DNA from: Eledone cirrhosa
Taxonomy: Eukaryota
Assembly: GCA_964016885.1 (NCBI GenBank)
Contig: OZ024742.1
Coordinates: forward strand, 27,714,001 to 27,778,000
Reading direction: 5' to 3'
Length of the DNA: 64,000 nucleotides
This document shows, in pieces, positions 1 to 13,517 of the stretch. The translations under genes were made by a program, and so were the position numbers. The notes below the pieces were generated by a model, which was not told the DNA's origin, ran no database searches, and saw nothing but the letters and a program-made list of their open reading frames with translations. Each line of letters begins with the position of its first letter. Within the stretch, counting starts at the first letter, position 1.

Positions 1-27
1 ACACCACACAAACACATGTATGTGTAT

Positions 28-575
28 ACGTCTGTTTTCCTTGCCAGCATGGAGTGGATGGGTTGTCACATTCCAAGACTAAACATGTAAAATGACCACA
101 CCTAGCTCATACATTTCATTCTGGCATGGTTTCTGCAGCTGGATGCTCTTTTTAATGGCACCCACCCTACAACATGTACTGGGTACATTTTATCATGACA
201 TCACCACTACCATTTCAGAGTATTGGCTGGGTGTATTCTATCATGGAACCAGCTCTACTACTTTAGAATGTGATCTAGTGTGTACTTTATCATAACATCA
301 GCTATATAATTTTGTAGTATGAGTTATGTGTATTCTATTGTGGAACCAACACCATCACTTTCCAATATGAACTAGGGTGTATTTTATCATAAGACCAGCT
401 ATAAAGTTTGTAGCATGGACTGGGTATATTCTATCATGGTACCAGCACTAGCACTTTACAATGTGAGCTAAGTTGTATTTTAAAATAACACATGCTATAT
501 ATTTTTGTAGTATGAACTGGGTGTATTTTATCATGGAACAAGCACTATCATGTTCCAATGTGTGATAGGTGTATT
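28..575 (-). mobile_element. Diverged RTE-LINE 3'UTR remnant with about 8 tandem ~48-bp units
   Basis: Contains TTTCTGCAGCTGGATGCTCTT (degenerate reverse complement of the family motif AAGGGCATCCAGCTGTAGAAA) followed by repeated CTGGGTGTATTTTATCATG units. Confidence 0.55.
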
Positions 576-576
576 T

Positions 577-790
577 TGGTTTCTGATTTAGGCACAAGGT
601 GATCAATATTTGGGGAAAAGGAAAGTCAATTAAATCCACTCTAGTGCATTACTGGTTCTTTATTTTATCGTCCCTGTAATGAAAAAAGCAAAGCTAACCT
701 TGGTGTGATTTGATCTCAGAACGGAAATGGTTGTAGCTATATGCCACAGAGCATGTTATTTGATGCTCTGCTGCTACTGACAATCCAATA
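577..790 (-). mobile_element. Nin/Deu-domain-like SINE, diverged
   Basis: Aligns by eye to the reverse complement of the full copy at 30996-31188 (TTTAGGCACAAGG...ACTGGTTCTTTATTTTATCG...GCAAAGCTAACC). Confidence 0.7.
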
Positions 791-1003
791 ATAGAAGATA
801 TGATACAAAATAAAACAGGAGGAAGATATTATATAGAAAGCATAGCAAAGGAAGCTGGATCATAAAATAGGTGGTAAAGGTAGATAAAGGTAAAAGGATG
901 AGATAAATAAAGGTGAGATAGAAAAAGAATAATATAGGGAGGGATAGATAGAATGATATATATATGAGTTACCATTAATGGATATAAGCCAAATGTGAGG
1001 GGC

Positions 1004-1274
1004 TGTGTGTGTGTGTGTGTGTAGCGGGATGTATGGATTTGTGTATGTGTGTGTGAGGGGGATGTATGAATATGTATATGTGAGGGGCGATGTATGGATA
1101 TGTGTATGTATTTGTGTGTGTGGTGGGAGGTTGTGTGTGTGTATGAGTGTATGTCTGTTTTAGGTGTGTGTATGTCTATTATGGGTGTGCATGTGTGTTG
1201 TGTATTTTGTCTGTGTTGTGTATGTGTCCGTGTCTGTGTGTGTTGTGTGTGTGTTCTCTGTGTGTTATGTGTGT
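1004..1274. repeat. (GT)n-rich low-complexity microsatellite
   Basis: Direct inspection. Confidence 0.85.
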
Positions 1275-1528
1275 AATGGAATATCTAATGGCACCAATTA
1301 TGATCCATCTAGACATCCTAACATCACTTACAAAGATCCAAAGATCCAAAAGAATAATTTCCACTAAAACCTATCAGTCAGATAAACCCAACTAAAAGAA
1401 ACATAGGAGTCAATAGAGGCTACAAAAATATTCAACAGAACCTCCTAGCTACTTTACATCTTCCCTTGCCTCCCAGTTTTTCTTTTTTTTTTGCCTATTT
1501 TGTCCCCCAATTAGACTTCCATATTTAA

Positions 1529-1795
1529 TTTTTTTTATTCTATATTCACTTATCTCAGTATATCTTTTTTTTTTTTGTTTCTCAACTGTAAAAAGTACTA
1601 GATACTTCCTGTAGTCTGTCATCGCTTACTAACTCTTTACGGACCTTTATTTTTATTTTTATATTCACTTAACTCTATATTTCTTGTTTGTATTTTTTTG
1701 TTTCTCAACTGTATGAAGTACTAGAACCTTCCCGTGGTCTGTCATGGCTTACTAGCTCTATACAGATGTTTAAATGGATTAAATAAATAAATAAC
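1529..1795 (+). repeat. Imperfect ~120-bp tandem duplication ending in (AAAT)n
   Basis: TTTGTTTCTCAACTGTA...AGTACTAGA...GTCTGTCAT.GCTTACTA.CTCT occurs twice. Confidence 0.6.
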
Positions 1796-1844
1796 AACCT
1801 ATTCCTGTCTGAATCATACCTAAATGTAATGAGGCTTTGTCACT

Positions 1845-2655
1845 ACTATTATGGAACTCTACCCAAGTGGTTATGAATTGGTTCCCATCTCTTCCTAACA
1901 ATACAAACTGAGAAGTCTTACACTATAACATAAAATGTTATTATCCTTCTATCTCAAAACAATTACTGGTAAATGTACTTTTGTTAGCTAAACCACTCAC
2001 CAATATCAAAGATACAGAAATTGAAATTATCCTTCATCATCATCATCATCGTTTAACGTCCATCTTCCATGCATCTATGTAAAACTAAAACTATGCTATT
2101 TGGATGAAAACCTTTCAAATTTACCAATCAATGTCAGTATAGGGTCAAAAAGAGATGGCTGAGTGATATTGTAGGTTTCAACAGCTTATTTAAATTAAAG
2201 TACACATGTTCTCATATTTAAGGCTCTTCTCGTCGTATGACATATGCAAAATGGTGAGAGAGACACATTGAGAATAGTGAGCCTGACTAAAGAGTCATTT
2301 GTAGTATTATGGATTGCCTCCAGGTCACAGAAAAATGCCTGAGGAGCAATCCCAAACAACATGCAAAACTATCTAGTTAGGATCCCTACAGTCACATGCT
2401 GGGCTGTCCGATTAAGGAACACCCATCGCTTTCTAGGAAGGTCAAAGACAGCTGGTTCAGATGTGGGTTCCTGGACAAGGTCTTGGATGATTTAAAGCCC
2501 TTACTGTGATGAAGGTCTTCTATTCTTGAAATGTCTATAGAAACAGTTTCTGGGGAAAATTAGCATACTTTATTTAGAATGATGGGCCTACATATTATTG
2601 TAGAAACTAACATTACAGCTGTCAATTCCTTTTGATGTCAACTTGTAATTAAATA
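1845..2655 (+). pseudogene. Heavily decayed Penelope-like RT relic, interrupted by other insertions
   Basis: Reads WNSTQVVMNWF (cf. WNSTQEVISWF near 58050) and LTNIKDTEIEIILH (cf. ITPMSDQEIDKILH), with a broken LYRDDGL-like stretch near 2570. Confidence 0.4.
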
Positions 2656-2676
2656 GTTTTTATATTTACTTTATAG

Positions 2677-2850
2677 CAGAGGAATTATCAGAGTAATTAG
2701 AATGTCGGATAGAATGCTTTGCAGTATTTGTTCTAGATCTTTGCTCTCTGAGATGTCAACTTTTCCTTTCGTCCTTTCGAGGTTGATAAAATTAAGTACC
2801 AGTAATGCACTGGGGTTAATTAAGCCTTGTGCCTAAATCAGAAACCATTA
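2677..2850 (+). mobile_element. Nin/Deu-domain-like SINE, diverged
   Basis: CCTTTCGTCCTTTCGAGGTTGATAAAATTAAGTACCAGTAATGCACTGGG core and GCCTTGTGCCTAAATCAGAAACC tail. Confidence 0.7.
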
Positions 2851-3721
2851 TTAACATCATTATTAAAATTATTATTCACTTCACTATTAAAATGGTATTT
2901 GTAACATAACTAAGTAAAATTAGATTGGGAGATTTTAATTTAAATAGTAATTTGAACTCAGAATGTAAAGGGATGTAACTATATGCTGCAAAGTATGTTG
3001 TCTGACGCTCTACTGATACCGCCAATCCATTGTGCCAATCCGTTGTCCTTATATAATGATGTAAATGATATGTGTAGTAAATAATTCACAGTGGAGATGA
3101 CAAAGGATCACGATGAGTGGTGAGATGCTGAGAAGGACCCATCCAACCCGTGGAAAAACGAACAGGAAAACGATGATAATGATGATGTCTCCAAAAATTC
3201 TTCAATAACTAATTCAAATATAGCATATTGCTTTAGAAACATGGTAACGAAAGAGTTAAAACTGACTGTAAACATCAACTTCAAGACATTGTGTATCAAA
3301 CAATGGTATATGCTAAAAATATAATTGTCTTGCTGCTAACTATTTCAAATTTAGACATTATAACTACACTCATTCTCTCCACAATCACCATGGAAGAAAT
3401 GATACAGCGCTATCAAAATTCATATTGAATTTAACAACAAGTAACATCAACCATAATTTAAAATGGAAGATACAGCCTTCAATAGGTCCTAAAGTGAAAA
3501 TATAAACTCATGCAATATCTGTGTAACAAAATATTCTGAAATCCTGTTTGCTAAATATTACTCATCGATTAATCAATTAATTAACAAGATCTGACCTCAT
3601 TTGCTTACCGAGTAGGGTGGAACTCATTAAAGTTGACCAAGGAAACAACGTTTTCATTGGTCTTTTCATTGTTGATAATATCTACCAATTGCAACTCTTG
3701 ACAGAAAGAGCAACAGGCAAC

Positions 3722-3826
3722 AAAGTATCTTGCTCAAGGACATAATGCATCACCCAAACTGGGAATCCAACTTGCAACCTCACAATTGCAAATCTGATTC
3801 ACTGTCCACTAAGCCATGTGCCTTCA
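3722..3826 (-). mobile_element. 5' part of an older tRNA-derived SINE
   Basis: Reverse complement gives GAAGGCACATGGCTTAGTGG...TCCTTGAGCAAGATACTT, as in 13979-14311. Confidence 0.6.
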
Positions 3827-5191
3827 TCAATACTCAATCAATATTTTTAACAAAATTCAAAGATAGAACATTAAAAAATTTAATCATTTTAAAGCAATGA
3901 TATACTCTAACAGGTAAAGTATCATAGACAACTATTTAATTTATAGAAGCATCATCTCTAATAACAAACGAATTTCTTTCATCTATGACTGTTATGTATA
4001 GCTTTTCATTGTCCACATTTTTTCTTATTGTACAACTAGTCTGTTATGCTTATTCTTTTTACAATTAGCTATCATTGAGCAATCCTCATACACAAACACA
4101 CACACCTACAAACACGCACAAATACACACACATATAAACACACACACACACACAAATACATAAACACATACAAATACACAAACACACAAATACACACACA
4201 CAAACACACATACATACATTTATATTTTATTCTTTAAACTTTAGTTTTATCCTTAGACTTGATATTTATTAGTTTCTAACTTCTCAAGAAGAGAAGCCAA
4301 TTTGCCATAAGTTCCACATTAAACTGACAAACAACTATATATGATATACACACAAACTAATCTCATTAATCACCATTTCTTTTTCCCTTCCCCATTCTCA
4401 CTTACCAAATCTAACATTGATATAAAAACCACACCCCCACAGATTTATGTTTAGTTGACCAGTACGTATTGATAACAAGATTAAAACCATCATACGCATA
4501 CATTCTTCTATTAATATCCCAATCATAATCTCTAACCAAAGAATACTTCCCAACATTTTATTTATATCTCATGAACATATATACCTATAATTAAGCTATG
4601 TTAATTTTTATAGGCTTGTATCACTACTATAATTGTGTATGTGTTAATACTACCTTATTATTATTAATATTATTATTATCATCATCATCATTATTATTAT
4701 CATTATAAAACACATTATATACATTAATACCATATATACTTCAAATATTAAATTAGGTTATCTGTGACACACTATGAAATAAGAATTTGTGATTTATATT
4801 AATCTGTTACTAATAGAAATTAGTCATTAGTTTTTTTCTGTCTTTCTAACAAACTTGGACCTATTATTAAACCAGCTTTCCAAACACACAATATGACTAT
4901 AGTTCAGTAATCTTAAAAGCACTCATATTAATTTGTATCTAAATCTATAGTGATTAACCTTCCCTTTCCCCATCTCCTCAACTATAAAATCATTTATCAA
5001 GAGCTTTCATGCAACACTCCTACTAACCACAACATGCAATCTTACTTAAAAAGCCTGAAACTTCTAACAGTTTTCATACAGAAAATGTCTAACAGCACTA
5101 TAAATACTACCAATTTATCAACCATAACAAAAGGTTTTCAATTCTATTTTTATTCTCATGTTAGCTTTATTCTAATTCCTTTAGTATTATA

Positions 5192-5317
5192 CAGGGTGGC
5201 CCAAAAGTCGCAATACATAAAAAAAATAATCACGTTTTATAAGAAGCAATTTAGTCAAAATAAATTAATATGGAAACTTAAAAATGTCCTATGTATTGCG
5301 ACGTGTGGGCCACCCTG
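5192..5317. mobile_element. Tc1/mariner-type MITE (126 bp)
   Basis: ~28-bp TIRs CAGGGTGGCCCAAAAGTCGCAATACATA / TATGTATTGCGACGTGTGGGCCACCCTG, flanked by TA on both sides. Confidence 0.85.
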
Positions 5318-6588
5318 TACTTATAAATTCTACATTCAACAGTTTTCATATTTCCTCACTACTAGTTCATTAATTCCTATCATTTTGGGTTATCTAAATG
5401 ATATCATCATCATCATTTTTACACCCATTTGTCTTCGCTTGCATGGGTTGGACAGGTCCTTTTCAGTGGATAGTGTATGAGTCATGATAGACACACAAAC
5501 ATGAGTGCATGTGTATGGAGGGGAAATATCAGGTGTAGTGTTGGTGAATTTTGAGAAGTATAGAAATTTTGAAGGATGCAGCGTCATCTATGAAAAATAA
5601 AAAACATCTAGTCCACCCCTTTTTTATAATTAGACTCTTCCAGTAAAACAAAAATCTTGTCTGTAAAATAATTTTCTTCAAAAACAGAGATACCTGTCTT
5701 ACAAATTTGCGTTGCCTTTCATCCTTACAGCGCTGATAAATTATTTCCTGCGAAAATTATTAGCCTTGTGCCTAAATCAGAAACCATTATTAGTGTTATT
5801 ATTGTTATCATCATCATCATCGTGATTTGAATCTTTCTTTGAATTCTGCTTCTTTCTCATATCATGCCAATTGTCTACCTGACACAAGAGGCAAAATTTG
5901 GAAACTAGACGGATAATGATGATGAAGATGATGATGAATTGGAAGGTGTTATATGAAATAGATTTAACTACAATTTCTAGCTAGTCAAGTAAAAAAATTT
6001 TTGCCGGCTTTGATAAATTAAATGACCAACCTTCAACAAAACCTGTGAATGACTTTGTCAATAAGTGAAGCTGCTTTTACTAACAACAATGGAAGGAACA
6101 ACAAAAAGAAAAAGATGCTTTCAATACAAGGCAACTAAGTACAAACTTCTTATACAATTCTCTGATAAGCACAGTCAACATCAACAACAGCAACAACAAT
6201 AGCTGCTGCAGCAACAACAGCAATAATAAGAATGGAATGTAAAGAGATTTAGAAAATGCATTCATAGTTTAAAACCAGTTAATCTTGATCCAACGGATAA
6301 AAGAGTTAGTGGAAGTGACAAAGATATTAATGCCTTACTGCCAGCATGATAAACTACAAAACTGACCAATGGCAATAGAGAAAGTGGAACACATGATCTG
6401 TGTCTATGAATGTTCACTAAGGAGAATTACAAGAAGAATTACAAGAACGTTGAACCAACTACAGTGAAGAACATGATAGAGGGAAATTGTTTTAGGAAAT
6501 GCTGAAATAAAGCATTAGATTAAAATAATTGATTACATACCTACACGAATACATATATATACATATATATATATATACATATATATAC

Positions 6589-6641
<53 letters not shown>

Positions 6642-6652
6642 CATATATATAC

Positions 6653-6683
<31 letters not shown>

Positions 6684-6865
6684 CATATATATATACATAT
6701 ATATATATACACATATATATATATACATATATATATACATATATATATATATACACATATATATACATATATATATACACATATATATACATATATATAT
6801 ATACATATATATATACATATATATATACATATATATATATATACATATATATACATATATATATA

Positions 6866-7868
6866 TACACAAGAGATGTAGCGGGATCTCAGGAAGCTTA
6901 ATTAAGAATGTAGGATTCACATGCAGCAGCTGTGCTGAAACAGCAAGCAAACAGCCACAGGAAACAAGTACCACCAATCTCTGGGAGGGCCCTGTAGAAA
7001 CAGTAGACAGCTTCTGCTACCTAGGTGACCGAATTAGCAACGGAGGTGGGTGCTCAGAAAGTACAATAACTAGGGTAAGAACGGGATGGAAGAAGTTTAG
7101 GGAACTACTACCACTGCTAGCTGCAAAAGGCTTCTCCCTCAGAATGAAAGGCAGACTGTATGATGCGTGTATCCGAACAGCTATGTTGCATGGTAGTGAG
7201 ACCTGGGCGCTGAAGGTGGAAGACTTACGTAGATTAGAGAGAAACGAAGCCTGCATGCTCCGATGGATGTGTAACAGTAATATACGTGAACGACAAAGCA
7301 TAAAGGAATTGAGAGAGAGACTGAGCATAAGAGGAATCAAATGCTGCGTGCAGGAGAAGCGGTTACGCTGGTATGGACATGTGATGCGTATGAAGGATGA
7401 CAGCTGCGTAAAAAGGTGCAGAGCACTAGAAGTTGATGGAAACCGCGGAGTGGGGAGACCCAAGATGACTTGGGATGAGGTGATAAAAGCCGACCTTACC
7501 CAACTACACCTCTCAAAGTCAATGATACACGACCGTGACTTCTGGCGTCACACAGTAATACAGGGTACATGCTGAAGCATATAAACAATATGCCCCCCCC
7601 CCCCACCGCAAGGTGGTCGTGGAGGTGCCACGACAAAAAAGCACCCAGCCCACACTGTAAAGTGGACGTGTAGGCGCCACGAAAAAGCACCCAGCACTCA
7701 CTGTAAATGAGGTTGGTGTTAGGAAGGGCATCCAGCTGTAGAAATCAAGCCAGATCAGTTCCTGTATGAGCAAGGCATGGTCAGCCGACCAGACACTGCC
7801 CACAACAGGACAACCCGTCTAACCCATGCTAGCGTGGAAGAACGGACGTAAAACGGTGATGATGATGA
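6866..7868 (+). mobile_element. 5'-truncated RTE-PHD LINE (subfamily B): end of ORF (stop 7575), 3'UTR, (GAT)n tail
   Basis: [42 protein letters not shown]; starts directly out of the 6550-6866 TA tract. Confidence 0.9.
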
Positions 7869-8078
7869 CATATATATATATATACATATATATACATATA
7901 TATATATACATATACATACATATATATATACATATATATACACATATATACATATATATACATATATATACATATATATACATATATACATATATATATA
8001 TACATATATACATATACATATATATATACATATATATACACATATATATATATACATATACATATATATACCTATATA

Positions 8079-8116
<38 letters not shown>

Positions 8117-8182
8117 CATATATATATACATATATATATACATATATATACATATATATATATACATATATATATATCTATA

Positions 8183-8524
8183 TCATTTTTCATCATTTCA
8201 TTTTATGTCCGCTTTTTCCCTGCTTGCAAGGGTGGGACGGGAACTGATTCTGGCTTGATTTCTACAGCTGGATGCCCTTCCTAACACCAACCTCGTTTAC
8301 AGTGAGTGCTGGGTGCTTTTTTGCCGTGGCACCTGCACGACCACTTTGCAGTGGAATGATAAGGACCCCAGTCCCTATCATCTCATTTCTACAGCTTAGT
8401 AAACTGGAGCAATGTGAAATAAAGTGTTTTGCTCAAGGAAACAACACATCACCCGGTCTGAGAATTGAACTCACAACCTTTCGATTGCAAGGCCAATGCT
8501 CTAACCACTAAGCCATGTGCCTCC
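8183..8524 (-). mobile_element. tRNA-headed SINE with CORE/V-like middle and RTE-derived 3' end
   Basis: A-box TGGCTTAGTGG, B-box GAGTTCAATTC, TCCTTGAGCAA middle domain, GGTGTTAGGAAGGGCATCCAGCTGTAGAAA shared with the LINE, (ATG)n tail. Confidence 0.85.
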
Positions 8525-8584
8525 ATATATATATACATATACATATATATATATATACATATATATACATATATATATATATAC

Positions 8585-8617
<33 letters not shown>

Positions 8618-8914
8618 CATACATATATATATACACATATATACATATATATATATATATATATAAATAAATATATATATATATAGTTATGTAATAAACA
8701 ACATAAGGCAATTATTCCATTTACCAGTGGTTTCTTAAAAGCAAAAAATTTGGCTTTTAATCATCAGAATGAAAAAAATCCTGGTCTATTTATTGATATT
8801 GGATTCTAAAAACAAAAATGCAGTCTATATGAAATGAGGCTGGAGAAGGAAGAAGGAAAGGAAAAATAAAATAATAAAATAAAAACACACATTCAAACAC
8901 ACAATTATATACAT

Positions 8915-8965
<51 letters not shown>

Positions 8966-9128
8966 CACTCATACATACACACACACATATACACATATAT
9001 GTGTGTATATATATACACACACATACATATACATATGTATATGTATATACATATACATATGTATATGTATGTGTGTGTGTGTATATATACACACATATAT
9101 ATGTGTATATGTGTGTGTGTACGTATGA

Positions 9129-9188
<60 letters not shown>

Positions 9189-9352
9189 ATGTATATAATT
9201 GTGTGTTTGTGTGTGTGTGTGTTTGCATGTGTGTTTTTATTTTTCCTGGACTTTTCCGACAGAATTACTTCATATATATATATATATATACATATATATA
9301 CATATATATATACATATATATACATATATATATATATATACATATATATACA

Positions 9353-9391
<39 letters not shown>

Positions 9392-9392
<1 letters not shown>

Positions 9393-9875
9393 CACTTACA
9401 CCTCTCCAAGACAATGTCACTGGACCGAGACCTTTGGCGGTACTCAGTAACAGAGAAGACCCGCCTTACCTAAATATATAGTAAAACCTACTCCAGCCAG
9501 TAGGCATCTCTAACAAAATACACCCCGTCCCACCACCACCACCCCCACCCGATCCACACCACACCGTTCTATGTAAAGTTATGTTGGTGCCGCGCCATCG
9601 AGGCCGAAACAAATGAGATCGTGTAGGTGTCACGACAAAAAAACACACAGTCCACGCTGTAATGTGGCCGTGTAGGCAACACGGTAAAAACCTCCCAGAC
9701 CCACACTGTAAATGTGGTTGGTGTTAGGAAGGGCATCCAACTGTAGAAAACCTGCCAGACAGTCCTATGCGAGCAAGACAATCACTCTTGCCTCAAGTGG
9801 GACTACCCCCGTCCAAACCCATGCAAGCGTGGAACACGGACGTTAAACGTTGATGATGATGATGATGATGATGAT
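9392..9875 (+). mobile_element. RTE-PHD LINE (subfamily A) 3' fragment
   Basis: [26 protein letters not shown] plus 3'UTR and (GAT)n; near-identical to 23948-24428. Confidence 0.9.
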
Positions 9876-10093
9876 ATATACATATATATACATATACATA
9901 TATATACATATACATATATATATACATATATATACATATACATATATATATACATATACATATATATATATACATATATATATACATATATATATACATA
10001 TACATATATATATATACATATACATATATATATACATATATATATATACATATATATACATATACATATATATATATATACATATATTTACGT

Positions 10094-10138
<45 letters not shown>

Positions 10139-10149
10139 TACATATACAT

Positions 10150-10182
<33 letters not shown>

Positions 10183-10288
10183 CATGTACATATATATATA
10201 CATATACATATATATATATACATATCATATATATATATACATATACATATATACATATACATATACATATATACATATACATATATAC

Positions 10289-10338
<50 letters not shown>

Positions 10339-10344
<6 letters not shown>

Positions 10345-10785
10345 GATATTAAACAAATGGAAACTATATTTATAAAACCATATTTATTTCATTATACATA
10401 TTTCGGGGATACCATATTAAAAATATGGCATGCCTTCTTCAGATAAAATACAATATATAAGCAGTTTTATAAATAATTTTGACGTACCATAAATATTGAT
10501 CAACTTTCATGTAAGAAGTTGGTTTTACATGAAAGTTGATCAATATTTATGGTACGTCAAAATTATTTATAAAACTGCTTATATATTGTATTTTATCTGA
10601 AGAAGGCATGCCATATTTTTAATATGGTATCCCCGAAATATGTATAATGAAATAAATATGGTTTTATAAATATAGTTTCCATTTGTTTAATATCGTATAT
10701 CTACTCCAAAACTTGTTGAGTGCCTTATATCAGTTATAAAATATTTACTCGTTGTAACCCAACAATTTTAAATAAAACTTTTGCA
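10339..10785. mobile_element. Fold-back element: 176-bp inverted arms (10339-10514 / 10525-10700), 10-bp spacer, 85-bp extra tail; HHR-like core in each arm
   Basis: Arms read as exact reverse complements; CTGAAGA (10597), GGCATGCCATATT/AATATGGTATCC stem, GAAA (10635), TATGTA. Confidence 0.8.
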
Positions 10786-10792
10786 TATATAT

Positions 10793-11323
10793 ATCATCAT
10801 CATCATCATCATCAACGTTTAACGTCCGTGTTCCACGCTTGCATGGGTTTGGACGGGGGTAGTCCCACTTGAGGCAAGAGTGATTGTCTTGCTCGAATAG
10901 GATTGTCTGGCAGGTTTTCTACAGTTGGATGCCCTTCCTAACACCAACCACATTTACAATGTGGGTCTGGGAGGTTTTTACCGTGTTGCCTACACGGCCA
11001 CATTACAGCGTGGACTGTGTGTTTTTTTGTCGTGACACCTACACGATCTCATTTGTTTCGGCCTGGATGGCGCGGCACCAACATAACTTTACATAGAACG
11101 GGGTGGTGTGGATGGGGTGGGGGTGGGGTGGTGGTGGTGGGACGGGGTGTATTTTGTTAGAGATGCCTACTGGCTGGAGTAGGTTTTACTATATATTTAG
11201 GTAAGGCGGGTCTTCTCTGTTACTGAGTACCGCCAAAGGTCTCGGTCCAGTGACATTGTCTTGGAGAGGTGTAAGTGTGTGAGGTCGGAGTTTATCAGCT
11301 CGTCCCAGGTTTTTCTAGGTCTG

Positions 11324-11328
<5 letters not shown>
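10793..11328 (-). mobile_element. RTE-PHD LINE (subfamily A) 3' fragment
   Basis: [23 protein letters not shown]...; (CAT)n at left end; 5' end fused to a TA tract. Confidence 0.9.
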
Positions 11329-11381
<53 letters not shown>

Positions 11382-11444
11382 CATATACATATATATATAT
11401 ATACACATACATATATATTTACATACATATATATATATACATAC

Positions 11445-11479
<35 letters not shown>

Positions 11480-12311
11480 CATATATATATACATATATAT
11501 ATACATATATATATATATACATATATACATACATATATATACATATATATATATACATATAAAAATTATTAAAAATATTTGTGATATTTTGGTAATATTT
11601 ATGCCAATGTAAAATGACTTGACCTCCGTGTATTTGTTATAATGGTATAGATATTTTTTCAACACAATTTAGTTCTATATGATTTTTTCTTACCCTGTGT
11701 AAAACTTTGTACTATTTGTTAACCTTAATTTATATGTATGATCTAATTTTGTATATTTTTTTATGCCAATATATTATAATATTGTTATTATAATGTTATA
11801 ATGTTATAATATTATAATGTTTCTATATTGTTTATGCACACTGACAGGGAATTATATATTATATTTTATTTTTATTTTTATCTTTATTCTTATTTTTATC
11901 TTTATTATATTATACTGTAAACAATATATATATATATATTTAAATACTTAATAAGCGTTAGTTTGTATTTGTATTAATGTGTATATGTATATAGATATAT
12001 GTATATATATACATATATTAAGCTTTTTATTATCACCATCTATTATATTATATTATATTCTATATCGTACTGTAATTCTCGCATTATATTACTATTTGTG
12101 TTTCAAGTTTTTGCATTATACAATATTTGCAGTGTGGGTTCAACATGTTAATCACTTCCTTGCTATTTGGTCCATATCTATGTTTGTAACTGCTGACTCT
12201 TAATCTTAGACAACTTTTCCTTCATCTCTTTCCTAAGCTTTAATAGATGTATACTCCATATTCTTCTGAGTTTTTGGCTTGTATTGGCCGATAGTGCTTC
12301 TTGTAGCTTTA

Positions 12312-12353
12312 CTTGCCCTGATGAGTCCTTAATAGGACGAAACATTGTTGACT
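12312..12353 (+). ncRNA. Hammerhead ribozyme core (stem I apparently degenerate)
   Basis: CTGATGA-GTCC-TTAATA-GGAC-GAAA-C-ATT-GTT: canonical core boxes and a 4-bp stem II. Confidence 0.65.
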
Positions 12354-12704
12354 AATAAAGACTTTTGATGTATTGAAGGCTTCTTTGGTTTATTTTTTAT
12401 AATTCTTCGGCTCTGTTTAATTACATTGAGCTATATCCGATACTGTCATTTCTATAATATGAAGAGGGTGTTTAACTCCAACACACTCTAGTATTTTAAT
12501 TCTTATATATACATATATATATATATATACATATATATATATGAAATAGGAATAAATGCTCTGAAATAGCGATATATATGTGAATATAGACATAGAATAT
12601 TCGAAAATATTCTGTATGTTTATAATAAACATTTTGAAGACCTAATCGCTATAGAATAGAATACGTCACGTATTACAATTAGATTCTCGATAAAAGCAAG
12701 GGAA

Positions 12705-12747
12705 GTAATCTACGCGTTTCATTCTTATTAGAAATCTTCAGGACCAC
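12705..12747 (-). ncRNA. Type I hammerhead ribozyme, copy 1
   Basis: Reverse complement of the motif at 13475-13517. Confidence 0.8.
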
Positions 12748-13014
12748 ATATCCAGTGCTTCTATCGAGAATGACACAGCTAGAGACTTATAGAATACTTA
12801 GCTGTGTACAGGAACTGGTTTGAAAGAGCGGTTGCCGGTCCGGCAGAAATTAGAAATAGGAATAAATGCTCTGAAATAGCGATATATATGTGAATATAGA
12901 CATAGAATATTCGAAAATATTCTGTATGTTTATAATAAACATTTTGAAGACCTAATCGCTATAGAATAGAATACGTCACGTATTACAATTAGATTCTCGA
13001 TAAAAGCAAGGGAA

Positions 13015-13057
13015 GTAATCTACGCGTTTCATTCTTATTAGAAATCTTCAGGACCAC
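13015..13057 (-). ncRNA. Type I hammerhead ribozyme, copy 2
   Basis: Identical to copy 1, 310 bp away. Confidence 0.8.
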
Positions 13058-13324
13058 ATATCCAGTGCTTCTATCGAGAATGACACAGCTAGAGACTTAT
13101 AGAATACTTAGCTGTGTACAGGAACTGGTTTGAAAGAGCGGTTGCCGGTCCGGCAGAAATTAGAAATAGGAATAAATGCTCTGAAATAGCGATATATATG
13201 TGAATATAGACATAGAATATTCGAAAATATTCTGTATGTTTATAATAAACATTTTGAAGACCTAATCGCTATAGAATAGAATACGTCACGTATTACAATT
13301 AGATTCTCGATAAAAGCAAGGGAA

Positions 13325-13367
13325 GTAATCTACGCGTTTCATTCTTATTAGAAATCTTCAGGACCAC
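13325..13367 (-). ncRNA. Type I hammerhead ribozyme, copy 3
   Basis: Identical to copy 1, 620 bp away. Confidence 0.8.
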
Positions 13368-13474
13368 ATATCCAGTGCTTCTATCGGCAACCGCTCTTTC
13401 AAACCAGTTCCTGTACACAGCTAAGTATTCTATAAGTCTCTAGCTGTGTCATTCTCGATAGAAGCACTGGATAT

Positions 13475-13517
13475 GTGGTCCTGAAGATTTCTAATAAGAA
13501 TGAAACGCGTAGATTAC
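13475..13517 (+). ncRNA. Type I hammerhead ribozyme, copy 4 (predicted cleavage after GUA at 13511)
   Basis: GTGGTC-CTGAAGA-T-TTCT-AATA-AGAA-T-GAAA-CGC-GTA-GATTAC: 6-bp stem I (2 G.U), 4-bp stem II, palindromic ACGCGT stem III; stem I extended by a 15-bp helix 13452-13466/13524-13538. Confidence 0.85.

Noticed and set aside
5850-6500. Purine-rich, coding-like stretch with GAT and CAA/CAG runs
   Set aside because: Frequent stops, no recognisable motif and no convincing splice pattern
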